Source: an uncultured Sandarakinorhabdus sp. (GTDB lineage Bacteria; Pseudomonadota; Alphaproteobacteria; Sphingomonadales; Sphingomonadaceae). From it: 64,000 nucleotides of DNA. A program made the position numbers and the translations under genes. Every line of letters begins with the position of its first letter. Within the stretch, counting starts at the first letter, position 1. Shown here in pieces: positions 1-10,320 of this stretch. The notes under the pieces are model-generated. The model saw only the letters and a list, made by a program, of their open reading frames with translations, was not told the DNA's origin and made no database searches. The stretch covers positions 4,599 to 68,598 of the forward strand of contig CAZHTW010000001.1 of assembly GCA_964535865.1 (NCBI GenBank), given 5' to 3'.

Positions 1-557
1 TGATCTTCGGCTTTGTCACCGGCTCCATCCAGGCCGCCACCGGCCAGGCGCTGGGCTTTCTGGTGATCGACACGCTGGGCGGTGACGCCATGGATTCGCA
101 GCATTCAATCGCGCTGATCTTCATGGCCGGGGCCTTTTCCACCCTGCTGGCGCAGTGGGTGCTGATCCCCCAACTGCGGCTCACCCCGCCAGCCTTGATG
201 CGCTGGGGCACATTGATCGCCGCAGCCGGCACGGCCGGAATTGCGCTTTCATCCAATCTTTATGGCCTTGTGCTGGCCTTTGCGGTGATGAGCGTTGGCT
301 ATGGTCTGGCGCGGCCGGGCTTCACGGCCGGGGCCAGCATTGCGGTCTCGCGCGCCGAACAGGGCGGCGTGGCCGGCGCGGTCACCTCCGTCAACGGCAG
401 TTGCTTTGTCTTTGCGCCGGCAATCGGCATAGGCCTGTATCAGATCAGCCCCACGCTCACCTATTGGCTGGGCGCGGCGGCGCTGCTGGCGCTGGCAGTC
501 TATGCCTTCACGCAGCCGGCGCTGGCCCGCGAACCGGGCGAGCATGCCGAAGATTGA
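1..557 (+). CDS. MFS transporter, C-terminal part (5' truncated by the window edge)
   Basis: Frame is open from the window start; several hydrophobic helices; GLARPG...EQGGVAG...FAPAIG pattern typical of an MFS C-terminal half. Confidence 0.8.
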   Translation, partial: IFGFVTGSIQAATGQALGFLVIDTLGGDAMDSQHSIALIFMAGAFSTLLAQWVLIPQLRLTPPALMRWGTLIAAAGTAGIALSSNLYGLVLAFAVMSVGYGLARPGFTAGASIAVSRAEQGGVAGAVTSVNGSCFVFAPAIGIGLYQISPTLTYWLGAAALLALAVYAFTQPALAREPGEHAED

Positions 558-974
558 TCAGCGCGCCTGGCTGAGCGCGATGCGGTTGCCTTCGCTGTCC
601 TCGAACTCGGCCACCCAGCCATTGGGCCCGATATCCTTCTTCGGATAGAGCACCCGCCCGCCAGCCGCCACGGCGCGTGCCAGCACGGCATCAGCATCGG
701 TCACCCGGAAATAGAGGATCGGCCCCGCCTTGCCGGGCACATAGACATCGCCCTTGACCAGTGCGCCTTCCGGCCCATCCGGGCCGACAAACATCGCCAT
801 GGCATAGCCATCCACCGTCTCGCGGGTCAGCGGCTTGCCCAGCACAGCCTCATAAAAGCGCGCCGCCCGGGCGAGATCGGCAACGGGGATTTCGAACCAG
901 GCGATCATCGGGGCGTCAGCGGCGGCCACAGGGGCCGCCGCCAGCAGGGCTGCCGCAACCGCCAGCCACTTCAC
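558..974 (-). CDS. VOC/glyoxalase family protein with N-terminal signal peptide
   Basis: [12 protein letters not shown] and [16 protein letters not shown] motifs; signal-like N-terminus; start overlaps the ftsH stop (GTGA). Confidence 0.85.
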   Translation of the reverse strand: MKWLAVAAALLAAAPVAAADAPMIAWFEIPVADLARAARFYEAVLGKPLTRETVDGYAMAMFVGPDGPEGALVKGDVYVPGKAGPILYFRVTDADAVLARAVAAGGRVLYPKKDIGPNGWVAEFEDSEGNRIALSQAR

Positions 975-2917
975 GCGCCAGCCGGTGCCTCACCCAGGCC
1001 GGAACCGCGCCGGCCGGCCTTGGGAATGGCGGCGCCCGATGCCGATGGGCGAGCCACCGGGGTGGTGGTGGCACTGCCGCGATCGATGGTGCCGCCTTCC
1101 ATCACCGTCTTGATCTCGTCGCCGGTGAGGGTTTCATATTCCAGCAGGGCGCCGGCAATCGCGTGCAGCTGGTCGATATGATCATTCAACACCTGCCGGG
1201 CGCGGTCATAGCCGGCGTTGACGATGGTGCGCACTTCGGAATCGATCAGCCGGGCGGTTTCTTCCGACATGTTCTGCGCCTTGGTCACGCTGTGGCCCAG
1301 GAACACCTCTTCCTGATTCTCGACATATTTCAGCGGGCCCAGCTTGTCCGACATGCCCCACTGTGTGGCCATGGACCGCGCCAGATCAGTGGCATAGCTG
1401 ATGTCGGACGAGGCGCCGGAGCTGACCTTGTCATAACCGAAGATCACTTCCTCAGCGACGCGGCCGCCCATGGCCACGGCCAGGTTGGCGTACATCTTGT
1501 CCCGGTGATAGCTGTATTGATCGCGTTCCGGCAGGCGCATCACCATGCCCAGCGCACGGCCGCGCGGGATGATGGTCGCCTTGTGAATCGGATCGGACGA
1601 GGCCTCGTGCAGCGACACCAGCGCATGGCCCGCCTCGTGATAGGCGGTCATCTTCTTTTCGTCTTCGGTCATCGCCATGGTCTTGCGCTCGGTGCCCATC
1701 AGCACCTTGTCCTTGGCGTCTTCGAATTCGCGCATGGACACCAGTCGCTTGCCGCGCCGGGCGGCCAACAATGCGGCTTCATTGACCAGATTGGCCAGGT
1801 CGGCCCCGGCAAAGCCCGGCGTGCCGCGCGCGATGGTGCGGGCAATCACGTCGGGGGCCAGCGGCACCTTCTTCATGTGGACTGACAATATCTTCTCGCG
1901 GCCTTCGATATCCGGGCGGCCCACCACCACCTGCCGGTCAAACCGGCCGGGGCGCAGCAGGGCGGGATCGAGCACATCGGGACGGTTGGTGGCGGCAATG
2001 ATGATGATGCCTTCATTGGCATCAAAACCATCCATTTCCACCAGCAGCTGGTTCAGCGTCTGCTCGCGCTCATCATTGCCACCGCCCAGGCCGGCGCCGC
2101 GGCTGCGGCCCACGGCGTCGATTTCATCGATGAAGATGATGCACGGTGCGCTTTTCTTGCCCTGTTCGAACATGTCGCGCACGCGGCTGGCACCAACGCC
2201 GACAAACATTTCAACGAAATCGGAGCCGGAAATCGAGAAGAACGGCACATTGGCTTCGCCGGCAATGGCGCGGGCCAGCAGCGTCTTGCCGGTGCCGGGC
2301 GGGCCAACCAGCAGCGCGCCCTTCGGGATCTTGCCGCCGAGACGCGAAAAGCGCGACGGGTCCTTGAGGAAATCAACGATCTCCTGCAGCTCCTCACGCG
2401 CTTCGTCGATGCCGGCGACATCGTCAAAGGTCACCCGGCCTTCCTTCTGCACCAGCAGCTTGGCACGCGATTTGCCAAAGCCCATGGCGCCGCGGCCAGC
2501 GCCGTTCTGCATCTGGCGCATCACGAAGATCCAGATGCCGATCATCAGAATGAAGGGCAGCATGTTGAAGAAGAGTTGCGCCAGCAGCGACCGGCTTTCT
2601 TCCGGTTTGGCATCAAAGCGCACGCCCTTCTGGCGCAGCCGCTCGATCAGCACAGTGTCGCCGGGGTTGAAGGTGCGGAATTCCTCGTCGCTGCTGGTGC
2701 GGCCGATGATCTCGTCGCCCTTGATCTCCACGGATTTCACCGCGCCATCATCCACCCGGGCCAGGAAATCGGAATAGGCCATGGCCTCACCGCCGCGACT
2801 GCCTTCCGAACCCTGCATCAGGTTCACCACCACAGCAAGGCCAACCAGAATCGCCACCCACAGCCCGAGATTGCGCATCCACGGGTTGGGCGAGCGTTTG
2901 TTGGGGCCATCAGACAT
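971..2917 (-). CDS. ftsH: ATP-dependent zinc metalloprotease FtsH
   Basis: Two TM helices, Walker [37 protein letters not shown] zinc motif. Confidence 0.99.
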   Translation of the reverse strand: MSDGPNKRSPNPWMRNLGLWVAILVGLAVVVNLMQGSEGSRGGEAMAYSDFLARVDDGAVKSVEIKGDEIIGRTSSDEEFRTFNPGDTVLIERLRQKGVRFDAKPEESRSLLAQLFFNMLPFILMIGIWIFVMRQMQNGAGRGAMGFGKSRAKLLVQKEGRVTFDDVAGIDEAREELQEIVDFLKDPSRFSRLGGKIPKGALLVGPPGTGKTLLARAIAGEANVPFFSISGSDFVEMFVGVGASRVRDMFEQGKKSAPCIIFIDEIDAVGRSRGAGLGGGNDEREQTLNQLLVEMDGFDANEGIIIIAATNRPDVLDPALLRPGRFDRQVVVGRPDIEGREKILSVHMKKVPLAPDVIARTIARGTPGFAGADLANLVNEAALLAARRGKRLVSMREFEDAKDKVLMGTERKTMAMTEDEKKMTAYHEAGHALVSLHEASSDPIHKATIIPRGRALGMVMRLPERDQYSYHRDKMYANLAVAMGGRVAEEVIFGYDKVSSGASSDISYATDLARSMATQWGMSDKLGPLKYVENQEEVFLGHSVTKAQNMSEETARLIDSEVRTIVNAGYDRARQVLNDHIDQLHAIAGALLEYETLTGDEIKTVMEGGTIDRGSATTTPVARPSASGAAIPKAGRRGSGLGEAPAGA

Positions 2918-2984
2918 CGCAAATTCCTGTCACAAGCAACACGTGGGTGGGCCATGAACAACCGGACCACCATTCAACAGAGCA

Positions 2985-3011
2985 AAATAGGGGCGATTGC
3001 CGCTGTTGCAA
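2985..3011 (-). promoter_or_regulatory. Putative RpoH (sigma32) promoter of ftsH
   Basis: Minus strand TTGCAA-N14-CCTATTT resembles the alphaproteobacterial RpoH consensus; ftsH is a known heat-shock gene. Confidence 0.5.
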
Positions 3012-3048
3012 TCGGCCTGTGCTGTTCTGCCTCGCATTAAACGGCAAT

Positions 3049-4035
3049 TCAGCCATTTTTGCGACCATCTCGCCGCGCCGGCGCGACATCCAGCCGCCAC
3101 ACTGGTGCAATCCCCCGTCCACCACGGCCGGACAGCACGGGCCGCGCCCGCACCCCGGCCAGCGTCGCTGCTTGCCGGCCCCCGAGTCGCTGCGCCAGCC
3201 GCGCCACATCGGCCCCGCGCGGCGCATGGCCCGAAAGCTGGGTCACAGCCCGCGCCAGCAGCCGGTGCAACAGGGCCGCGGGCAGGCCGTGGCCATCGAT
3301 CAGCAGCGCGCCATCATCCTTGGTCACCCGGCTGCCCCAGGCCAGATCGGCCGCCCAGGCCAGTGCGTCGGCCTCGCCCGCCAGATGCGCCGCCGATGCC
3401 GCCAACGCCGCCACATCCAGCGCCGGATTGGCGGCCAGCAGCGCGCGCACGGCGGTGCGATCATGGCGGGCATCATGGTTGCTGGGATCATCCACCGCCT
3501 GCCAGCCGGCGGCGGCCGCAATCGCCACCAGCTCGGCCTTGCGGGTGCCCAACAGCGGCCGCACCAGCAACACCCCGCCCAGATCCCGCGAACGGCGGAT
3601 TCCGGCCAGGCCATCGCTGCCGCTGCGGCGCGCCAGCCGCATCAACAGGGTTTCGGCCTGATCATCGGCATGATGCGCTGTCAGCAGCAGGCCATGGCCA
3701 TGCTGGCGGCACCAATCGGCCAACAGGCCATAGCGCGCGGCGCGGGCCTGGGCCTGCACATTGGCGGTGAACGGCGGGCCTTCTCGGCGCAGGATGACAT
3801 GGGGCAGCCCGCGCGCCCGGCAGCCGGCCGCAACGTCTGCCGCTTCGGTCGCGGCGGCGGCACGCAGGCCATGATCAACGGTGACAGCGGTGATGCGGGC
3901 GGGAAAGGCGGCGGCGGCAAGGGTGAGCAGGGCCAGACTGTCGGGCCCGCCGGAAACCGCAATGGCCAGATGTTCATCCGGGGCCGGCGGGCGGCCGAGT
4001 GCCGCCGCCAGCGCTGCGTTCAGATCAGGCGGCAC
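3049..4035 (-). CDS. tilS: tRNA(Ile)-lysidine synthetase (start uncertain: 4035, 4044 or 4065)
   Basis: AVSGGPDS PP-loop, VDHGLR, TAHHADDQAET, DPSN..R motifs; classic cpoB-tilS-ftsH order. Confidence 0.97.
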   Translation of the reverse strand: MPPDLNAALAAALGRPPAPDEHLAIAVSGGPDSLALLTLAAAAFPARITAVTVDHGLRAAAATEAADVAAGCRARGLPHVILRREGPPFTANVQAQARAARYGLLADWCRQHGHGLLLTAHHADDQAETLLMRLARRSGSDGLAGIRRSRDLGGVLLVRPLLGTRKAELVAIAAAAGWQAVDDPSNHDARHDRTAVRALLAANPALDVAALAASAAHLAGEADALAWAADLAWGSRVTKDDGALLIDGHGLPAALLHRLLARAVTQLSGHAPRGADVARLAQRLGGRQAATLAGVRARPVLSGRGGRGIAPVWRLDVAPARRDGRKNG

Positions 4036-4972
4036 ATTTGGCACGCGCGCGCTGGCGCCCGGCATCGGCCTTCTGCGTGTCGGTCAATTTGGCACCATAG
4101 ACGCTGTCCAGCTCACCCAGCACCTGGCAGGCATCGCCGGGCTTGGCCATGGCATTCAGCGCGCCGGCCAGCCCGATCAGGGCATCGGGGGCCGGCGTCG
4201 AGCGCGGGGCGGATTGATAGACATCAAGAAACGCCTTGGCCGCCTGCGGCTGCTGATTGCGGGCGGCAAAGCTGCGGCCCAGCCAATATTTGGCCTGTGC
4301 CGTGCGCGGCGATTTCGGCCAATCGGCCACAAACTGCGTCATCGCGGCTTCAACCCCGGGCCAATCCTTGGCGGTGACCTTGGGATAGGCCAGCGCCCAC
4401 GCGGCATCAGCGGTGGCCGGTTTGCCGGTGGCCGGTTTGGCGGCGAGGGGATTGGCGCCAGCGGGGGCGGGCTTGGCCGGGACCGGCTTGGCTGCGGTGG
4501 CGGGCCTGGCCGGTGCCGGGCCGGAAACCGGGGCCGCATCGGCCGGCGGCGCCGTCCCGGCATCGGGCGCGGCTTCGGGCGGCTTTTCCAGCGCGTTCAG
4601 GCGAAACTCCACATCGCCCTTCATGCGGCGTTGGGCATCTTCCAGCTGGCGCAGCTTGTATTCGATCGCTTCAATCTGGCCCGTCAGGCCTTTCAGCGTG
4701 GCTTCCAGCGATTCCACCCGCCCGGTCAGATCGGTCAGCACAGCGCTGGCCGGATTGGCCTCTGGCGCCGGGGCCGCCGGCGGGGCCTCTGCCGGGGTTT
4801 CGGGCGCAAACACGCGCGGGTTGGCGCCGGGAAACACCTTGCGCTGCACGGCGCGCATTTCCGATTCCAGTGTGCCGACCCGGCGATCCAGCTTGGCCAC
4901 GTCAACCGCCTGGGCCGCCAGTGGCGCCGGCAGGCCAAGGGCCAGGATGATCAGGGCAGGCAGAACACGCAC
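4025..4972 (-). CDS. cpoB: Tol-Pal associated TPR protein CpoB/YbgF
   Basis: GTG start, signal peptide, coiled coil (LTGQIEAIEYKLRQLE), Pro/Ala linker, C-terminal TPR (AKYWLG...DACQVL); upstream of tilS. Confidence 0.85.
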   Translation of the reverse strand: MRVLPALIILALGLPAPLAAQAVDVAKLDRRVGTLESEMRAVQRKVFPGANPRVFAPETPAEAPPAAPAPEANPASAVLTDLTGRVESLEATLKGLTGQIEAIEYKLRQLEDAQRRMKGDVEFRLNALEKPPEAAPDAGTAPPADAAPVSGPAPARPATAAKPVPAKPAPAGANPLAAKPATGKPATADAAWALAYPKVTAKDWPGVEAAMTQFVADWPKSPRTAQAKYWLGRSFAARNQQPQAAKAFLDVYQSAPRSTPAPDALIGLAGALNAMAKPGDACQVLGELDSVYGAKLTDTQKADAGRQRARAKCAA

Positions 4973-4976
4973 GGTT

Positions 4977-6005
4977 TCAAGCTCCGGGATTGGCGGGTTG
5001 GGGTTCCGCTGCCGTCTGTGGCGTGGCCGGCATGTCCGGCACCTGAACGGGAACGAGGCGCGGGGGCGGCGGGCGCCGACGCAGCGGTCGCGGCGGTGGC
5101 GGCGGCGCATTGGGATCGAACCGCGCGGCCAGCGCCGGCGCGGTGAGCAGCACGCCATCGATGGTGGCCACCGGCCCGCCCAGCGGCGGCAGCTTCACGC
5201 CGGCCACGCTCACTTCGATCACGCCGGCCTTGCCGGCGCGCAGGACCAGCGCCGATCCGGCCGGCACATCAAACCGCTGGCCGGCAGCCAGCACGCCCAT
5301 GAAGGCGCGGCGGCGCGTGACCGCATCATAGATTTTCACCCACACATCTTCGCGCGCCAGCAACACCACCGGCCCGGCGGTGGGAATGGCCGGCGGGGCG
5401 GCGGCAGGCGCTGCGGCAGGCACAGCGGCGGTTGGTGCCGGCACGGCAGCCGGCGGCAGCGCGGCCGGATCGCCGGGAAGGGCCGCCACCCCGGCATTTG
5501 CCGGGGCTGCCGGCACGGGGGCCGCCTCTGGTTCGGGTGCTGCGACCACCACGGGCGGCGGCGATGGATCGAACACGCCGGCACCATAAAGGCTCAACCC
5601 CAGGATCACCGCCGCCAGCACCACCAGGCTGCCAACCGCCAGGCTGCGCGACGGCAGCCGGGCCTCGTCCACCGGCTGGGTGGGCGGCGGCGTGGGCACA
5701 TGCGGGGTCAGGCTGGTTTCGGCGCGGAACTGGGCGGCAAATGCTTCCGGATCTAGGCCGATGCTGCGGGCATAGCCTTTCACGAACCCCAGCGCATAAG
5801 GCAAAGCCGGCAGCGAGCCATGGTCATCCGCCTCGATCGCCATGAGATGGCGCAGCGGTATCCGCGTTTCACGGGCAATGTCGGCCAGGTCGCGGCCAGT
5901 GGCGGCCCGGGCTTCGGCCAGCCGGGCACCCACGCTCAACGGACGGATCCGCGGCAGTTCGTCAGAGGCTTCTTGTGCTTCTTCGTGCAAAGCATCATCA
6001 TCCAT
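4977..6005 (-). CDS. rodZ: RodZ-like protein (HTH, one TM helix, C-terminal periplasmic domain)
   Basis: VGARLAEAR...IARETRIP..HL.AIE...GFVKGYA HTH, single TM helix, DVWVKI...LRAGKAG C-terminal domain. Confidence 0.8.
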   Translation of the reverse strand: MDDDALHEEAQEASDELPRIRPLSVGARLAEARAATGRDLADIARETRIPLRHLMAIEADDHGSLPALPYALGFVKGYARSIGLDPEAFAAQFRAETSLTPHVPTPPPTQPVDEARLPSRSLAVGSLVVLAAVILGLSLYGAGVFDPSPPPVVVAAPEPEAAPVPAAPANAGVAALPGDPAALPPAAVPAPTAAVPAAAPAAAPPAIPTAGPVVLLAREDVWVKIYDAVTRRRAFMGVLAAGQRFDVPAGSALVLRAGKAGVIEVSVAGVKLPPLGGPVATIDGVLLTAPALAARFDPNAPPPPPRPLRRRPPPPRLVPVQVPDMPATPQTAAEPQPANPGA

Positions 6006-6194
6006 CGGGCGACCCTCCCGCGTTCGCTGTGCCTTGGCCCAGCAGCGGCCAGGGAGTCAACTGGTTGGAAAGCATTTCCCGCCGCGCTGCAACACGCCAT
6101 TCTTGCCCAAAGCCCGCCCTTGCCCTATGGCCGCAGCCGATCCTGCCGGCGTGGTGCCGGCGTGCAGCCTCACCCCGCCTTTTCGGAACACCCC

Positions 6195-8030
6195 ATGTCC
6201 ACCCGCAATATCGCGATCATCGCGCACGTCGACCATGGCAAAACCACGCTGGTCGATCAGTTGTTCCGCCAATCCGGCACCTTCCGCGAGAACCAGCGCG
6301 TGGCCGAAAGGGCCATGGATTCCAACGATCTGGAAAAGGAACGCGGGATCACTATCCTGGCCAAGTGCACCAGCATCGAATGGGCCAGCCCTTCGGGTGA
6401 AACCTATCATATCAACATCGTCGACACCCCCGGCCACGCCGATTTCGGCGGCGAGGTGGAACGCATCCTGTCGATGGTCGATGGCGTGATTCTGCTGGTT
6501 GATGCCGCCGAAGGCCCGATGCCGCAAACCAAGTTCGTTTGCGGCAAGGCGCTGGCGCTGGGCCTGCGACCGATTGTCGTCGTCAACAAGATCGATCGCC
6601 CCGACGCGCGCGCCGATGAAGTGCTCAACGAAGTCTTCGATCTGTTCGTCACCCTCGAAGCCAACGACGAGCAGCTGGATTTCCCCACCCTCTATGCCTC
6701 CGGCCGCAACGGTTATGCCGGCATGGATGAGCATGTGCGGTCGGGCGATCTGAAGCCCTTGTTCCAGAAGATCGTCGATCATGTGCCGGAACCGGCTGGC
6801 GACCCGGATGGCGAATTCAAGATGCTGGTGTCGCTGCTCGATCGCGATTCATTCGTGGGCCGCATCCTTACCGGCCGGGTCATTTCCGGCACGCTCAAGG
6901 TCAACTCGCCGATCCATGCGCTGAACCCGGATGGCACCATCGCCGAAACCGGCCGCGCATCGAAGATCTTCGCGTTCCAGGGCCTGGAGCGCGTGCCGGT
7001 GGAAGAAGCCAAGGCCGGCGACATCATCGCTCTTGCCGGCCTGACCAAGGCCACCGTGGCAGACACCATTGCCGACGTGAGCGTTTCGGAGCCGCTGCAC
7101 GCCCAGCCCATCGATCCGCCAACCCTGTCGATGACGTTCAGCGTGAACGATTCGCCCTATGCCGGCCGTGATGGCAGCAAGGTGACCAGCCGCATGATCG
7201 CCGATCGCCTGAACCGCGAAGCCGAAGGCAATGTCGCCATCAAGATCACCGAAAGCGCCTCCAAGGACGCGTTCGAAGTGGCCGGCCGCGGCGAATTGCA
7301 GCTCGGCGTGCTGATCGAAACCATGCGCCGCGAAGGCTTTGAACTGTCGATCAGCCGCCCGCGCGTGATTTTCGGCGTGGACGAGAACGGCAAGCGCACG
7401 GAGCCCTATGAAACCGTCGTGATCGATGTGGACGAGGCCTATTCGGGCACGGTTGTCGAGAAGATGGCCATGCGCAAGGCCGAGATGACCGACATGCGCC
7501 CCAGCGGCGGCGGCAAGACCCGCCTCACCTTCTCCGCCCCGTCGCGCGGCCTGATCGGCTATCACGGCGAATTCCTGTCGGACACGCGCGGCACCGGCAT
7601 CATGAACCGGCTGTTTGAAAAATATGGCCCGCACAAGGGCCCGATTTCCGGCCGCGCCAACGGCGTGCTGATCTCCACCGAAAGCGGCGAAGCCGTCACC
7701 TATGCGCTGGGTTATCTGCAGCCGCGCGGCGTGCTGATGATCGGCCCGGGCGAATCCGTGTATCAGGGCATGGTGATCGGTGAAAATGCCCGCGAGGAAG
7801 ACCTGGAGGTCAACCCGCTGAAATCAAAGGCTCTCACCAACTTCCGCGCCAGCGGCAAGGATGATGCCATCGTGCTCAGCCCGCCCAAGAAGCTGACGCT
7901 GGAACAGGCCATCGCCTATATCGACGAGGATGAGCTGGTGGAGGTGACGCCCAATTTCATCCGCCTGCGCAAGATCCACCTTGATCCCAACGAGCGCAAG
8001 CGCGCCAGCCGCGCCAAGAACGCCGGCTGA
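6195..8030 (+). CDS. typA: Translational GTPase TypA/BipA
   Basis: [48 protein letters not shown]. Confidence 0.99.
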   Translation: MSTRNIAIIAHVDHGKTTLVDQLFRQSGTFRENQRVAERAMDSNDLEKERGITILAKCTSIEWASPSGETYHINIVDTPGHADFGGEVERILSMVDGVILLVDAAEGPMPQTKFVCGKALALGLRPIVVVNKIDRPDARADEVLNEVFDLFVTLEANDEQLDFPTLYASGRNGYAGMDEHVRSGDLKPLFQKIVDHVPEPAGDPDGEFKMLVSLLDRDSFVGRILTGRVISGTLKVNSPIHALNPDGTIAETGRASKIFAFQGLERVPVEEAKAGDIIALAGLTKATVADTIADVSVSEPLHAQPIDPPTLSMTFSVNDSPYAGRDGSKVTSRMIADRLNREAEGNVAIKITESASKDAFEVAGRGELQLGVLIETMRREGFELSISRPRVIFGVDENGKRTEPYETVVIDVDEAYSGTVVEKMAMRKAEMTDMRPSGGGKTRLTFSAPSRGLIGYHGEFLSDTRGTGIMNRLFEKYGPHKGPISGRANGVLISTESGEAVTYALGYLQPRGVLMIGPGESVYQGMVIGENAREEDLEVNPLKSKALTNFRASGKDDAIVLSPPKKLTLEQAIAYIDEDELVEVTPNFIRLRKIHLDPNERKRASRAKNAG

Positions 8031-8219
8031 GGGCTGCGCGCTTCACTGACAGGGATTTCACTGGAAACGGGCAGCAGCGGCGTGCAGTCGCTGCTGCGAC
8101 AATGGCGCGATTGCGGGCCGGGGTGGTTCGGCCTAGGCCGCGCAACCTCTTCCCCCATTGGCCGCAGCGGGCCGGGCGGCTGCCATGTTGGTGCCGTGCT
8201 CAAGCTGGAGTGATCCCCC

Positions 8220-8837
8220 ATGATCTATGACGATGATGCCCCGATGGACGCGCCGGCTCCGGCCGATTTCGTCACCATCCCCCAGGCCGAGGCCGAAGAC
8301 GCCATTCGCACGCTGATCCGCTGGACCGGCGATGATCCCACCCGCGAAGGCCTGCTCGACACGCCCAAGCGCGTCGCCAAGGCCTGGCGCGAATATACCA
8401 AGGGCTATGCCGAAGATCCCGGCCTGCACCTTGAGCGCACCTTTGCCGAGGTGGGCGGGTATGACGAGATCGTGATCCTGCGCGACATCCCGTTCCAGTC
8501 CCACTGCGAGCATCACATGGCGCCGATCATCGGCAAGGGCCACATCGCCTATCTGCCGCGCGCCCGCGTCGTGGGCATTTCCAAGCTGGCGCGCGTGCTG
8601 CACGGCTATGCCCGCCGCCTGCAGGTGCAGGAACGCCTCACCGCCGAAGTCGCCGATTGCATCCAGCAGCATCTCGATCCCGTCGGCGTTGCCGTGGTGA
8701 TCGAGGCGACGCACGCCTGCATGTCCGCCCGCGGGGTGATGACGCCCGGCGTGGTGATGACCACCAGCCGCATGATGGGCGTGTTCCGCAATGATGCCAG
8801 CAGCCGGTCCGAAGTGCTGCGCCTGATGGGCAAATAA
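8220..8837 (+). CDS. folE: GTP cyclohydrolase I
   Basis: [39 protein letters not shown]; GGAG RBS. Confidence 0.98.
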   Translation: MIYDDDAPMDAPAPADFVTIPQAEAEDAIRTLIRWTGDDPTREGLLDTPKRVAKAWREYTKGYAEDPGLHLERTFAEVGGYDEIVILRDIPFQSHCEHHMAPIIGKGHIAYLPRARVVGISKLARVLHGYARRLQVQERLTAEVADCIQQHLDPVGVAVVIEATHACMSARGVMTPGVVMTTSRMMGVFRNDASSRSEVLRLMGK

Positions 8838-8857
8838 GGCCCCGCCACCCGAATGCC

Positions 8858-8893
8858 GCAGCGGCCCGGTGGTTTGCGCCACCGGGCCGCTGC
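8858..8893. other. Perfect 15-bp-stem hairpin between folE and the MATE gene
   Basis: GCAGCGGCCCGGTGG-tttgcg-CCACCGGGCCGCTGC; no U-tract. Confidence 0.7.
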
Positions 8894-8925
8894 CTGTATG
8901 GGCCACCCGCAACAACAACGGGAAC

Positions 8926-10320
8926 ATGCAAATGGGCGCAAGCCCCGATCAACCCAGCGAGGCCGGTTCCGGCATCGGCGTGCTCACCCGGCTGGCGGCG
9001 CCGGTGGTGGCGTCGCGCCTGGGCATCATGGCAATGGGGCTGGTCGATACGATCGTGGTGGGCCGGCACAGTTCGGCCGAACTGGGCTACCACGCGCTGG
9101 CCTGGGCGGTGACCGGCGTGGTGCTCACCACCGCGCTCGGTCTGCTGGGCGGCGTGCAGGTGATGACCAGCCAGGCCATCGGCGAAGGCCGGGAGGCGGA
9201 TACCGGCGCCATCCTGCGCCGCGGCCTCGTCTATGCCGGCTGGATCTCGCTCGCCTTTGCGCTGTTCCTGGCCGTGGCCGGCGGGCCGATGCTGACGGCC
9301 TTTCACATGACACCGGGCCTGGCCGAAGGCGCCACCCTGGTGCTGCAGGTGCAGGCGGTGTCGCTGGTGCCGATCATCATTGCCGATGCCGGCCTGTTCT
9401 GGCTGGAAGCCCATGGCCGCGCCGTGCCGGGCACCATCGCCATGTGGCTGGCCAATATCGTCAACCTTGCGGTCAACCTGTGGCTGGTGCCGGGGGACAA
9501 TATCTTCGGGGTGAGCGGCGCTGCGGCCAGCGCCTGGGCCACCTTTGCCAGCCGGGGCTTTCTGTTGGCGGCGCTGGCGGTGATCATCCTGCGCTGGCAC
9601 CGCGCCCGGGAACTGGGCGTGTTTGCGCCGGCGCCCGATGATCCGGCCGCGGCCAGCGCCATGCGCAAGGTCGGCTATGGCGCAGCGGCGAGCTATTTCA
9701 TCGAATCCCTGTCCTTCTCGGCAATGGCGGTGTTTGCCGGCTGGATCAGCGTGACGGCCGTCGCCATCTGGGCGGTGGTGATCAATGTCGCGGCGCTGGT
9801 GTTCATGGTGCCGCTGGGCCTGTCTGTCGCCACCTCGGTGCTGGTTGGCCGGGCCTATGGCGCGCGGGATCGGCCGGCGATGATGGCGGCGGCTGGCCAG
9901 GGCTTTGCCATCACCTCGGTCATCCTGCTGCTGGTCTCCCTGGGCGTGTGGCTGGAACCCGACATGATCGCCGCGGCTTACTCCCGCGATCCGGCGGTGA
10001 TGGCCGGCATTGCCAGCGCCATGGTGCTGTCCAGCCTGTTCTTTCTGGCCGATGGCCTGCAGGTGGTGGCCTCGCAATCGCTGCGCGCCCGTTCTGATAT
10101 CGTGGTGCCCACCGCCACCCACTTGTTTTCCTATGTGGTGGTGATGATGCCGCTGGCCTGGTGGCTGGGCGTGAAAAGCGGCGGCGGCGTCGATGGCCTC
10201 ATCTGGGCCATCATCGCCGCCAGCCTGCTGTCGGCCGTGCTGCTCTGGGGCCGTTTCATGGTGCTGGGGCGCCGGCCGCTGCCGCCGCCGGCTGCGGACG
10301 CCGCTTCGCTCCCCGCCTGA
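8926..10320 (+). CDS. MATE family efflux transporter (NorM-like)
   Basis: LAAPV...GLVDTIVVGR, FMVPLGLSVAT..LVG, ADGLQ.V...LRA..D motifs; about 12 TM helices. Confidence 0.92.
   Translation: MQMGASPDQPSEAGSGIGVLTRLAAPVVASRLGIMAMGLVDTIVVGRHSSAELGYHALAWAVTGVVLTTALGLLGGVQVMTSQAIGEGREADTGAILRRGLVYAGWISLAFALFLAVAGGPMLTAFHMTPGLAEGATLVLQVQAVSLVPIIIADAGLFWLEAHGRAVPGTIAMWLANIVNLAVNLWLVPGDNIFGVSGAAASAWATFASRGFLLAALAVIILRWHRARELGVFAPAPDDPAAASAMRKVGYGAAASYFIESLSFSAMAVFAGWISVTAVAIWAVVINVAALVFMVPLGLSVATSVLVGRAYGARDRPAMMAAAGQGFAITSVILLLVSLGVWLEPDMIAAAYSRDPAVMAGIASAMVLSSLFFLADGLQVVASQSLRARSDIVVPTATHLFSYVVVMMPLAWWLGVKSGGGVDGLIWAIIAASLLSAVLLWGRFMVLGRRPLPPPAADAASLPA

Noticed and set aside
3037-3051. TTAA-N7-TTCA, a CtrA-like site upstream of ftsH
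   Set aside because: Imperfect, and the second half is the tilS stop codon; too weak
8100-8219. THF-II riboswitch upstream of folE
   Set aside because: Could not match the conserved sequence or structure by eye
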